Shown here piece by piece: positions 18,088 to 28,375 of a DNA stretch of 64,000 nt (the first letter of the stretch is position 1; each line of letters opens with the position of its first letter). The stretch spans positions 11,994 through 75,993 of the forward strand of contig SABN01000001.1 of NCBI GenBank assembly GCA_009928955.1, given 5' to 3'. The position numbers were made by a program, and so were the translations under genes. A model generated the notes under the pieces. That model did no database searches and was not told the origin of the DNA. It saw nothing but the letters and a program-made list of their open reading frames with translations. This DNA is from Opitutia bacterium. GTDB lineage: Bacteria; Verrucomicrobiota; Kiritimatiellia; CAIQIC01; Lenti-01.

Positions 18088-20538
18088 TCACGGATTCGCC
18101 CGGATGCGATATCCGGGATCCGGCCAGCGCGCCGGCGAACCCGCCAGGTCGATGCGGATCGTCCCCTGCTGATCCGTCCTCCAGACGCGAATGCCCTTCG
18201 CAGCCAGCCGCCCCAAGGTCTCCCCGTCCGGATGGCGCCCGTCCGCATGCGGACCGGCGCTGATGATCGCATCCCGCGGACGAACCGCCGCCAGCCAGCC
18301 GCCGGAAGTCGCGTCCGCATCCCCATGCCGCCCCGCCAGCAACACCGAGGCCGCCAGCGAGCGGCCAGAAGCCGCCAGCGCTTTCTCCTGCGCCCCGCCG
18401 GCATCGCCCGCAAGCAGGATCGACGCGCCGAAGCGCGCCACCCGCATCACCAACGAGGCATCATCCGCGCACGACATCTTCAACGCTTCCGGCGGCCAAA
18501 ACACCTCCCAAAACAGATTCCCCGGCCAATTTCCGGATTCGCCCGAATGCAGCCGGCGGACGGGAATGCCGGCGGTCTCCGCCCTCCGCAAGACTTCCCG
18601 CATCGGGGGCGAGGCCCACAGAACGGCGGGAAGCCACAGTTCGCCGACGGGCAGTTCGCGCATCAAGAACCGCGCGGCGCCCATGTGCTGCGCATCCGAA
18701 TGCGTCAAGATCAGCACGTCCAGCCGGTTCACCCCTTCGCCGCGCAAGAGCCGCAACGTGTCCTCGGCGCGGAATTCCGGCCCCGAGTCCACCAGCAGGC
18801 GGGCCTTCCGCGCCTGCACCAGCACGGCCTGGCCCTCGCCCACGTCCAGCACCGACACCCGGCAACGGCGCGCATCGTGCGCCCCCCACGCCAGCGCCAG
18901 CACCGCCAACAGCCCGAGGCCCGCCGCCAGCGCGCCGCGCACGCGCCGCGCCATCACCGCCGCCGCCGCCAGAATCCCATACCAGGCGATCACCCCGGCG
19001 GCCGGCGGCGCGCGGATGAACCAATGTCCGCCGGGAACATCGGCCGCCCGCTGGATGCAGAACGTCAGGCAGGACGCCACCGCGCGGGCGGCATGGTTGA
19101 ACACCTCCGAGCCGAAACCGCCCAGCGGCGCGCACAGCAGGCTCATCACTCCCGCCATCAAGATGGCGAAGGCCGCCGGAATCACCAGCAAGTTCATCCC
19201 CAGCGCCACCGGCGAAAAGAGGTTGAAGAAGTAAGCCGTCAGCGGCGCGGTGCTGACCCACGCCGACACCGTCACCGATCCATGCCGGACCGCGGACAGG
19301 GCGCATTCGCGCCACCGCTGTCCCCGGGAAAGCTCCTCGCCGGGCAGTTGCCAAGCGTCGCGGCTCGAGGCGCGGCGCAGCCCGGCTTCCAGCATGGGCT
19401 GGACCGCCAGCAAGCCGGCCACGGCCGTGAACGAAAGCAGGAATCCCAGATCCCCCAGCTGGGCGGGCGCGGCCACCAGAATGACGATGGCCGCCACGGC
19501 CAAGGCCGAGATCGCATCCGGCCGCCGCTTCAGGAACGGCGCCGCCAGCATCAGCGACGCCATCACGCACGCGCGGATCGCGCTGGTGGCCGCCCCCGTG
19601 GTGACCGTATACCCCACCAGCAGCGGCGTCAGGAACAGGAACCAGCGCGTCAGCGGAATGCCCAGCGCGCGCAGGACCCCGGCGAACAGCAGCGTCACCA
19701 TGGCCACATGCGCGCCCGAGATCGCGAAGATGTGCACCGTGCCGGTGGCCGCGAAATCCCGCCGCAGCGCGCCCGGCAGATCTTCGCGATAGCCCAGCAG
19801 CAGCGCCTGCAGCAATCCGCGCTCCTCCGGAAAAGCCTCCAGCCCCCGGCCCAGGATGGCGCGGCACGCCCGGCGCCGCTCCATGCACCACGCCGTGAAC
19901 GGATTGCCCCGCCCGCCATCGAGGAAAACCGCCCGGTCCGGATCGATCACGGCTTGGTTTTCCGGCAGCGTGAACAGGCCCGCGCGCCGCGGCACGGCGG
20001 GCCGCACGATCCCGCGCAGACGCCAGCGCTCGCCATAGCGCGGCCGGCGGGCGCCGGCCTCCCCGCCGCGGAGCACCACGCGGATCCGGTCGTCCGCCCG
20101 GCGCCAAACGCCATCCCGGTTCAGCCCCTCGACCCGCGCATGGAACACCGCCCCGGCGGCCTGTCCCGGCCGCGCGGGCCGCAGAACCGCATCTTCCGCC
20201 GCCACCGCGACGAACTGCACGTATTCCATCGGACGCTCCAGCAGCGCCGGCAGCGAAGTCGCCGCGCGGCCGCCCGTCGACTGCCGCGCATGCGCCGCCA
20301 TCAGGCAGAACGCCACCCCCATCAACGGCCAGACCGACCAGCCCTTGCGGACCCACAAGAACAGCGGCAACAGCAGCAGCCCCCCCGCCCCCCAGAACCA
20401 CATAGGCGAGATCGGCGCGCAAATTCCCGCCGCCGTCCCCGCGATCACCGGAAAGGCCAGCCCGACCATCGCCCGGCGGCGCGGCGGCCGCATCCGGCCC
20501 GCCGCCCCCTGCAATTCCTCCTCGATCCACCATTCCAC
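18088..20538 (-). CDS. comEC: DNA internalization competence protein ComEC/Rec2 (with C-terminal MBL-fold domain)
   Basis: It has a polytopic competence domain plus C-terminal VSVLDVGEGQAVLV...LTHSDAQH (metallo-beta-lactamase motif). Confidence 0.88.
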   Translation of the reverse strand: MEWWIEEELQGAAGRMRPPRRRAMVGLAFPVIAGTAAGICAPISPMWFWGAGGLLLLPLFLWVRKGWSVWPLMGVAFCLMAAHARQSTGGRAATSLPALLERPMEYVQFVAVAAEDAVLRPARPGQAAGAVFHARVEGLNRDGVWRRADDRIRVVLRGGEAGARRPRYGERWRLRGIVRPAVPRRAGLFTLPENQAVIDPDRAVFLDGGRGNPFTAWCMERRRACRAILGRGLEAFPEERGLLQALLLGYREDLPGALRRDFAATGTVHIFAISGAHVAMVTLLFAGVLRALGIPLTRWFLFLTPLLVGYTVTTGAATSAIRACVMASLMLAAPFLKRRPDAISALAVAAIVILVAAPAQLGDLGFLLSFTAVAGLLAVQPMLEAGLRRASSRDAWQLPGEELSRGQRWRECALSAVRHGSVTVSAWVSTAPLTAYFFNLFSPVALGMNLLVIPAAFAILMAGVMSLLCAPLGGFGSEVFNHAARAVASCLTFCIQRAADVPGGHWFIRAPPAAGVIAWYGILAAAAVMARRVRGALAAGLGLLAVLALAWGAHDARRCRVSVLDVGEGQAVLVQARKARLLVDSGPEFRAEDTLRLLRGEGVNRLDVLILTHSDAQHMGAARFLMRELPVGELWLPAVLWASPPMREVLRRAETAGIPVRRLHSGESGNWPGNLFWEVFWPPEALKMSCADDASLVMRVARFGASILLAGDAGGAQEKALAASGRSLAASVLLAGRHGDADATSGGWLAAVRPRDAIISAGPHADGRHPDGETLGRLAAKGIRVWRTDQQGTIRIDLAGSPARWPDPGYRIRANP

Positions 20539-20673
20539 GAACCGGCCTCCGGCGTGTCATCGCCAACCCTGCGTCCTTTGTACCGCTCGCCGACGCGGGC
20601 GGCAAGGGGCATCCGCCCCGCGCGAAAAATATCTCCCCATTCCGGCGCGCAAGACCCATACTGTCCCCCGAAC

Positions 20674-21579
20674 ATGCAGGCCCTCGCCGACATCCTGGCC
20701 CGGACCGGCCCCCGCACCGGGGCCGAGCTCGCCGCCGCCGGCGGCTTCACGGACATCTTGGCGCTCTGGCGCGCGTGCCATGCGGCCGGCCTCGTCCTCC
20801 GCCGCACCGGGCGCCGCTACATGCGCCTCGACACCGCGGTCGACGGCTATGCCCGCCTGTCTCCCTCCATCCGGCGCGAATTCCTCACCTACACCCTCGC
20901 GGGGCTCCCCGGCCAGGAAGCCGACCTTGACCGGCGCGCCGCCGAGCTCGAACGGAACGCCGCGGACATCTCGCGCGAAAAACTCGACCTCGCCCGCGAA
21001 AGCGTCTGCATGGCCCTCGCCTCCCTCCCCGACGAGCCACTCATCTTGCGGAACGTCGCTTTCATGATCGCCGGCGACATCACCTACCGGATGGCCCACC
21101 GCGTGCCCCGGCCCGAGAAAAGCTCCGGGCAGATGGTCCGCGGTTCCGACCTCGACATCATCATCGTCACGGCCGATTCGCTCCCCGAGTCCGCCGCGCA
21201 ATCGCTCGACGACGCCATCTACCGGCAGAAGCACTATCTCCTGACCCATCCCAACCATCAGGAGGAGATCGACTATGTCCTCAAGCCCGTGGAAAAAGTC
21301 CGGCAGCAGCTCGCCTTCGACCGCTTCGAACACATGGTCGCCTGCAAGATCCTCTGCGAATGCCAGCTCCTCTACGGCTCCCCCTTCCTCTTCGGCGAAA
21401 TCATGAAGCTCGTGGAGGCCTCCGGCGTCCGCGCCCGGCTCGATGCCCTGCAAGCCGCAGCCGAAACTTTCCGCGACAACGCGGAGCACATCCTGCAGGA
21501 CCCCGTTGCCACCGCCGCCTCCGGGGAAAACCCCCTCGACCTCTTCTATACCCGCGAAGAAGGCGACGAAATCTACTGA
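20674..21579 (+). CDS. hypothetical protein, possible nucleotidyltransferase-fold (GSDLDIIIV)
   Basis: The in-frame ATG at 20674 is the only non-noise part of a 1115-aa track ORF. GS-x-DLD resembles a Pol-beta-type NTase motif. I recognise no family. Confidence 0.5.
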   Translation: MQALADILARTGPRTGAELAAAGGFTDILALWRACHAAGLVLRRTGRRYMRLDTAVDGYARLSPSIRREFLTYTLAGLPGQEADLDRRAAELERNAADISREKLDLARESVCMALASLPDEPLILRNVAFMIAGDITYRMAHRVPRPEKSSGQMVRGSDLDIIIVTADSLPESAAQSLDDAIYRQKHYLLTHPNHQEEIDYVLKPVEKVRQQLAFDRFEHMVACKILCECQLLYGSPFLFGEIMKLVEASGVRARLDALQAAAETFRDNAEHILQDPVATAASGENPLDLFYTREEGDEIY

Positions 21580-21698
21580 CCGCATCCTTCGGATTTGTCG
21601 GTTGGCCGCCACCGCCAAACAATTTCGCATTGATTTTCCGGCCTTCCGGGCGCACCCTTCCTTTCGAACTTCCACCACTCAACCCACAAGGAATCTCC

Positions 21699-22727
21699 AT
21701 GTCCCACCAGGTCCTCATCACGCGCGACTTCGACCACATGAGCGAAGTGGCCGCCGGCTTCGTCCAGGAACGCATCGCCCGCGTGCTGGCGGAACGCAAA
21801 TCCTTCGTCCTCGGCCTGGCCACCGGCACGTCCCCCACCGGCGTCTACAAGCACCTCGCCAAGGCCGCCAACGGCGGGAAGCTCGACGCCGCCCGGATCC
21901 GAAGCTTCAATCTCGACGAATACGTCGGACTGCCGGGCGACAATCCCCAGGCCCGCGCCCTGCATCCTGAAAGCTACAGCTTCTTCATGGTCCAGGAATT
22001 CTTCGGCCTCCTGCGCAAGAAATTCTCCGAAACCAACGTGCCTTGGGGGTGCCTCGTCGACCAAGACCAGCTCGTGCGCGAACTGAAGGCGAATCCCGGC
22101 GATTGGCATGAACAAGGTGCCGACAACGGCAAGGCCGTCGTCATCGATCCCAAGGCCCCATCGGAGTACTTGCGCTGGGTGCGCGCGGAAATCCTGGACG
22201 CCTACGAGCGAAAGATCAAATCGCACGGCGGCATCGACCTCCATCTGGTCGGCGTCGGCGGGCGCGGCCATGTCGCCTTCCACGAAGCGGGAATCCCCTT
22301 CGAGGGCAACCATATGCTCCTCGTCCGGCTCGACGAGAACACCGTCGAGAACGCCGTGGCCGACGGCCATTTCGCCCGCAAGGAAGACAGCCCCCGCTAC
22401 GCGATCTCGATGGGCGCGGAACTCGTCTACCAGGCCCGGTGCGTCGTTCTCCTGGCCTCCGGCAAGCGGAAAGCCGAACCCGTCGCCACCTCCCTCGCCG
22501 AAGACCCCTCCGCCGCCGTGCCCATTTCCCACGGACAAATCCATGCGAAACGCGGCGGCGAGATGCTCTACGTGATCGACCGCGATGCCGCCTCCGGCGT
22601 CCTCGAACGGCGCGCCGAAATCGAAAAACGCGGCATCGTCATCGAGGATCTCTCCTCCGGCTCCGCGGCGCGCCGCGTGGAGGACCTGAAGTTCTTCCGC
22701 AATCCCGCTTCGGGAATGATGGAATAA
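21699..22727 (+). CDS. nagB: glucosamine-6-phosphate deaminase family protein
   Basis: It reads LGLATGTSPTGVYKHL and FNLDEYVGL, which are NagB signatures. At 342 aa it is longer than the classical enzyme. Confidence 0.78.
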   Translation: MSHQVLITRDFDHMSEVAAGFVQERIARVLAERKSFVLGLATGTSPTGVYKHLAKAANGGKLDAARIRSFNLDEYVGLPGDNPQARALHPESYSFFMVQEFFGLLRKKFSETNVPWGCLVDQDQLVRELKANPGDWHEQGADNGKAVVIDPKAPSEYLRWVRAEILDAYERKIKSHGGIDLHLVGVGGRGHVAFHEAGIPFEGNHMLLVRLDENTVENAVADGHFARKEDSPRYAISMGAELVYQARCVVLLASGKRKAEPVATSLAEDPSAAVPISHGQIHAKRGGEMLYVIDRDAASGVLERRAEIEKRGIVIEDLSSGSAARRVEDLKFFRNPASGMME

Positions 22728-22841
22728 CCGGCTTGGCGCGACGCCGCGATGTCCGCGCACAGGCGGGCGGCCCGCGCGTCCGTCGCCCCTCATCGCGCGG
22801 CACATGGTCTGGGCGCCGGAAGAGCGCACCGGCGCGCCGCG

Positions 22842-22862
22842 GTTTTCCACACCGTGGAAAAC
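22842..22862. terminator. 9-bp stem hairpin between convergent nagB and lolD (possible bidirectional terminator)
   Basis: The hairpin is gttttccac-acc-gtggaaaac. It has only a weak T tract. Confidence 0.35.
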
Positions 22863-22893
22863 GTTTCCGCCCCCCGGCGGGGGAACCGGCGGT

Positions 22894-23569
<676 letters not shown>

Positions 23570-23577
<8 letters not shown>

Positions 23578-24799
23578 AGCGCAGCGCCCCCACCGGATCG
23601 AGCCGCGCCGCCTGCCACGCCGGGATCACGGCCGCGAGCGTGCAGATCACCAGCACCGACGCGGCCACCAGCGCCACGTCGCCGGGCGTGGTGCGCGACG
23701 GAATCTCCGCCAGATGGTAGAGCTCCTTGGGGAGCAGCTCCATCCCGAAGCGGTCGTTCAGCACGCGCAAGAGCGCGTTGCGGTATTTCAGCACGAGCAG
23801 GCCGCTGGCGATGCCCAGCGTGGTGCCCAGCACCCCTTCGATCCAGCCCTGCCAGAAGAACACCCGCATGATCGAGCCCGACGAGAACCCCAGCGACCGC
23901 AGCAGGCCGATCTCGCGGGTCTTCTGCACGGTGACGGTGATCAGCGTGTTGGTGATGCCGAAGGCCGCGACGATGGTGATGAAGATCAACAGGAAGAACA
24001 TCATGTTCTTCTCCACGCGCAAGGCGGCGAAGAGCTGGTGGTTCTGCTCCATCCAGGTGCTCACCCGCGCGTCCGGCCCCAGCCGGGAACGCAGCTCGGC
24101 GGCCACCGTTTCCGCCGCGTAGGGATTGTCCGTCATGACCTGGATGGCTTCCAGGCCGGCGCCGGCGCAGAAATCGCGCGCCTCCCACAGCGAGGCCACC
24201 ACGTAGCCCATGTCGAACTCCCACATGCCGATCTCGAAGATGCCCGCGACCGTCATCTCCGACGGCAGGCGGATCTCGTCTTCCGAAAGGAAGGTCGCCG
24301 GCGAATAGACGGTCAAGGCGTCGCCCACCCCCACGCCGAGCCGTTCGGCCAGGTCGCTGCCGATCACCACCGCGCCGTCGGCCACCGAGAACTCGCCGGC
24401 CACCATGCTCTGCGGGATGCGGCTGACGCGCGCCTCGCGCGCGGGATCGACGCCGCGGATCATCGGCGTCTCGACCTGCCCGTTGGGCTTCTGGATGAAA
24501 ACGAGGCTCTGCAGGAACGGCGCGGCGCCCTTCACGCCCGGCACGGCCTCGATGGCCTCGCACAGGCTGTCCTCTTCGCCGGACAGTCCGTTCCGGACGG
24601 AGACCGTCAGGTGGGCGTTGAAGTCCAGGATCTTGTTGCGCCACATCTCGTCGAAGCCGGCCATGACCGACAGCACGATGATCAGCACGGCCACGCCCAG
24701 CAGCACGCCCAGCACCGACAGCACCGTCACCACGGAAAGGAAGGTGCGCTTCGGCTTGAGGTACTTCAGCGCGAGGAACAATGAGAACGGGAGCGTCAT
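23570..24799 (-). CDS. lipoprotein-releasing system permease (LolC/LolE family, FtsX-like)
   Basis: It starts at MTLPFSLFLALKYLKPKR, a typical LolC/E N-terminus. The in-frame ATG is at 24799, with an ATGA overlap with the lysS stop. Confidence 0.88.
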
Positions 24800-26274
24800 T
24801 CGGCGGGGGCCGGCGGCGCGTCCGGCTTGGGTTCGCGGAGCTTCATCTGCGGGAAGAGCATCACGTCGCGGACGCTTTCCTCGCCGGTCAGGACCATGAC
24901 GAGGCGGTCGATGCCGATGCCCATGCCGCCGGCCGGCGGCATGCCGTGCTCGAGGGCGCGCAGGAAATCCTCGTCGATCTTGGCGGCGTCGCCGGCGGCC
25001 TGCTCCGCGAGGCGGGCGCGTTGGTCGAGCGGGTCGTTCAGCTCGGTGTAGCCCGGGCACAGCTCGCGGCCGCGCACCACCAGCTCGAACACGTCCACCA
25101 GCGCCGGATCGTCCTCGCAGCGCTTGGCCAGCGGCACCAGCTCCGCCGGCAGCCGCGTCACGAACGTCGGCTGGATCAGGGTCTTTTCGACCAGCTTGTC
25201 GTAGACCTCGTGGGTGATCTGCGCATGGGTCATCTCGTTCGGGATGTCCAGCTCCTTCGCCCGGGCCCATTCGCGCGCGGACGCAACGGAACGTTCGAAC
25301 CAATCGGCGCCGGCCTTCTCGCGCACCAGGCCGTGATAGGTCGCGACGCGCCACGGGGGCGCCAGATCGATGGGCTCCTGGCCTTCCTTCCCGACCGTCA
25401 TCGCGCCGCAGATCTCCTGCGCGGCGCCGCTGACGAGATCCTCCACCAGGCGCATCATCGTGCGCACGTCGCCATAGGCCTCGTAGATCTCCAGCGCGGT
25501 GAACTCCGGATTGTGCGAGCGGTCCAAGCCTTCGTTGCGGTAGTTCTTGCCCAGCTCGAACACCTTGTCGTAGCCGCCCACGAGCAGCTGCTTCAGGTAG
25601 AGTTCCGGCGCGATGCGCATGTACATCGGCTGTCCCAGCGCGTTGTAGAACGTCTTGAAGGGATTCGCGATCGCGCCGCCGGCCATGGCCTGCAGCACGG
25701 GCGTTTCCACCTCGAAATAGCCGCGCGCCTCCAGGAAGCGGCGGATGTACGACAGGATGCGGCTGCGGGCGTTGAACACCTTGCGCACGTCCGGATTCGC
25801 GATCAAATCCAGGTAGCGCTGGCGGTAGCGCACTTCCGTGTCCTGCAGCCCGTGCCATTTCTCCGGCAACGGATGCAGGGCCTTGGACAGCAGCTCCCAG
25901 CGCAGCACCTTCACCGACGGCTCGCCCGTCCGCGTGGTGAACAGCTCGCCTTCCACCCCGAGGAAATCGCCGAGATCCAGCGCGCGGAACGCCGCGAAGG
26001 ACTCGTCGCCCAGCGCATTCTTCTGCACGTAGATCTGGAACTTGTCCGTCCCGTCCTGCGCGTGCGCGAAAATGCTCTTGCCCATCTCGCGGACGGCGAC
26101 CAGGCGCCCCGCGATCCGCACGGCCTTGCCCTCGGCGAAGCCCGCGCGGATCTCGGCCAAGGGGCCGGTCCGCTCAAACGCCCGCCCGTAGGGACGGTGT
26201 CCCGCCGCCTTCAGCGCCTCCAGATGGGCCAGCCGCTGGTTGCGGAACTCGATTTCATGCGCACTCAATTCCAT
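24796..26274 (-). CDS. lysS: lysine--tRNA ligase (class II)
   Basis: It has an OB-fold N-domain and class II motifs (FRNEG, GMGIGIDRL). The start is at MELSAHEIEF. Confidence 0.93.
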   Translation of the reverse strand: MELSAHEIEFRNQRLAHLEALKAAGHRPYGRAFERTGPLAEIRAGFAEGKAVRIAGRLVAVREMGKSIFAHAQDGTDKFQIYVQKNALGDESFAAFRALDLGDFLGVEGELFTTRTGEPSVKVLRWELLSKALHPLPEKWHGLQDTEVRYRQRYLDLIANPDVRKVFNARSRILSYIRRFLEARGYFEVETPVLQAMAGGAIANPFKTFYNALGQPMYMRIAPELYLKQLLVGGYDKVFELGKNYRNEGLDRSHNPEFTALEIYEAYGDVRTMMRLVEDLVSGAAQEICGAMTVGKEGQEPIDLAPPWRVATYHGLVREKAGADWFERSVASAREWARAKELDIPNEMTHAQITHEVYDKLVEKTLIQPTFVTRLPAELVPLAKRCEDDPALVDVFELVVRGRELCPGYTELNDPLDQRARLAEQAAGDAAKIDEDFLRALEHGMPPAGGMGIGIDRLVMVLTGEESVRDVMLFPQMKLREPKPDAPPAPAE

Positions 26275-26409
26275 GATGGTCCTCGCCTTGAAAAACGCGC
26301 CCACCCTACCCTCCCCCTGCCCCGAAATCCAGCGCATTCTCCCCGCGCGGACGTTCGCCGGACGGCATCCCGCCCCCTCCGCCCGGCACGGGCTCCCGCG
26401 CTGGACGCG

Positions 26410-26943
26410 CTAGCGCAACCGCTGTCCCTCGTAGGGCAACGCCACGGGCGGCGGCGGCGGCGGCGGCGGCACGTTCTTGCCGCCGCCCGGCGCGCCGGCG
26501 ATCGTCTGCATGGCCAGATTGAAGGCGTTGCCAAAGGCGCTCCCGACTTTCACATCTGAAAGCTCGATGATGGCCCGCTGGATGGCCGAGACGATGGCGG
26601 AGCTCATGCTGGCCGTTGGACTGGCGGCCACCGCCTTGGCCAGTTCGATGGCCAGCGCCGCCCAGTCGTCCTGCGGCATGGTCTGGAACGCATAGGTCAC
26701 GAGGGCGGCGATGCGCACGTCGCGATCCTTGGGCTTCAGGTCCAGCCCCAAGATCTGGATGATGACATCCTTGCCCACGATGGCGGCCTGCGGAATCGAG
26801 GCATCCCGCAACAAGACCACCACCTTCGCGGGGTTTTCCGCCGCCTCCCGGAGCTGGTCCCGGGTCGGCTCCACGAACACTCCGTATGCGCTTCCGGCCG
26901 CCAGACACGCCAGCAGGGTCACCCGCTTGATTTTCGCATTCAT
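26410..26943 (-). CDS. hypothetical lipoprotein with poly-Pro C-terminus
   Basis: It has a lipobox-like VTLLAC signal and the C-terminus GGGKNVPPPPPPPPVALPYEG. It lies 11 nt downstream of the OMP gene. Confidence 0.55.
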   Translation of the reverse strand: MNAKIKRVTLLACLAAGSAYGVFVEPTRDQLREAAENPAKVVVLLRDASIPQAAIVGKDVIIQILGLDLKPKDRDVRIAALVTYAFQTMPQDDWAALAIELAKAVAASPTASMSSAIVSAIQRAIIELSDVKVGSAFGNAFNLAMQTIAGAPGGGKNVPPPPPPPPVALPYEGQRLR

Positions 26944-26954
26944 CGTTCCGCCTC

Positions 26955-28283
26955 CTAATAGCGAATGTTCACGCCCAGGATCAGGCGCTTGTCCACATAC
27001 TCCACGAAATCGAAGTTGGAGGCCACTTCGTCGTAGGTGGCCTCCAGATAGATGCGGAGGAACTTGCCCGGCGCGATGTAATCGACGCGCGCATGCCCTT
27101 CCATGCGCTGGTCCCGCCGATCCTTGGTCACGCCTTCATGCGTCACGAGGTCCAGATAGTCGTCCTCCCGGTAGACGCCGCGCACATAGAAGGTGGTGCT
27201 GGGCTTCCATCGGTAGCCGAGCCCCGCCCAGCCGCTGATGTATTCCATCCCGTTGCCCTGGTAGAAGGACGACCATTGCGTCCCGTTGAAGCCGCCGCAG
27301 CGGAAGGTGAGCTTCTCCGTCATGAACCAATCCGCCGACGCATTGAAGTTGAACGAGATCTGGTCGTGGTCGATGCGGACGCCGGTTTCATCGATCTGGA
27401 CGTCCTCCTCGCCGATGTCCGCGTCTTCGAAGCGGGCCTGGAACGGGCGCGCATAGTATTCCAGCCCCCCCCCGACGCTGTAGACCACCTTGTCCGTGCC
27501 TTGGGCCTTGAGCCCCAGCCGCAGCGTGGTCAGTTCGGCCGCCCCATCGGTGCCTTCCTGGTATTGGAGACCTTGGCGAAGCGTCAGGAATGCGTCGGTC
27601 TTGTCCGTAAGCCCCAGCGAGCCGTCGAATTGCCAGATGTGTCCATCCAAATCCAGTCCGGGCGGGACCCCCAGATCCTTCGGATCGAGCCGGTCGTGCG
27701 TCTCGTTGTCGTAATGGACGCCGGAATAGCGGTAGGACAGCGCCAGTTCCAGCTTGTCCGATACGCGTCGCGAAAGGGAAGCGCCCAATTGGTTGACCTC
27801 GCGCTGGAGATCCAGCGTGTTGCTGTCTTCCACCATTTCCCCCGCCAAGTTGGAGGATTCGATGTCGGAGGAATGCCGGTCGAGGTCGTCGAGGGATCGA
27901 TAGCTTTGGATGAGTTCGAGCAGGGAGCGCCGCCCGTTGCCGTACCGCAAGATGAGGCTGTCCCCAAAAGTGTTGAGATTCCGGTTCTTCTCGGTGGTGT
28001 ATTCCCGCTCCGAATAGAACAAGTTCCCTTGGATGGAAAAACAATTGGTTTCCGACGAGGAGCTGAATTTCAATCCCAGCTCCGGCTCGAAAAAGGTGTC
28101 TTCGACCTCATCGAAGCGATCCTTGTAGACATTTGAATCGTAGGTGATGTTCAAATCCAGATAAGGACTGAAGACCCACGAAAAGAGGCCCACGCCATTG
28201 CCGGGACCGGCAAAGGCGTCGATCGACAGGCTCAGGAGCAGAAATACACCCAGCTTGCGCGCGCGATGTACACACGTGTGCAT
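26955..28283 (-). CDS. putative outer-membrane beta-barrel protein
   Basis: It has a signal peptide (KLGVFLLLSLSIDAFA) and alternating hydrophobic, Tyr/Gly-rich strands. The C-terminus is ...GVNIRY, with an aromatic last residue typical of OMPs. Confidence 0.6.
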   Translation of the reverse strand: MHTCVHRARKLGVFLLLSLSIDAFAGPGNGVGLFSWVFSPYLDLNITYDSNVYKDRFDEVEDTFFEPELGLKFSSSSETNCFSIQGNLFYSEREYTTEKNRNLNTFGDSLILRYGNGRRSLLELIQSYRSLDDLDRHSSDIESSNLAGEMVEDSNTLDLQREVNQLGASLSRRVSDKLELALSYRYSGVHYDNETHDRLDPKDLGVPPGLDLDGHIWQFDGSLGLTDKTDAFLTLRQGLQYQEGTDGAAELTTLRLGLKAQGTDKVVYSVGGGLEYYARPFQARFEDADIGEEDVQIDETGVRIDHDQISFNFNASADWFMTEKLTFRCGGFNGTQWSSFYQGNGMEYISGWAGLGYRWKPSTTFYVRGVYREDDYLDLVTHEGVTKDRRDQRMEGHARVDYIAPGKFLRIYLEATYDEVASNFDFVEYVDKRLILGVNIRY

Positions 28284-28375
28284 CCCATCATTTGGCACTT
28301 TCGCGGATTCGTTGTCAACAAACACTAGATTAAAAAGGAATAAAAAGCGCTCTATCCGCCCAAGACGGGCTGTTT

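Noticed and set aside
28284-28375. A TTGACA hexamer (28313-28318, minus strand) as the promoter for the OMP gene.
   Set aside because: The best -10 at 17-nt spacing is only CCAAAT, and it would put the transcription start on top of the ATG. This is too weak to call.
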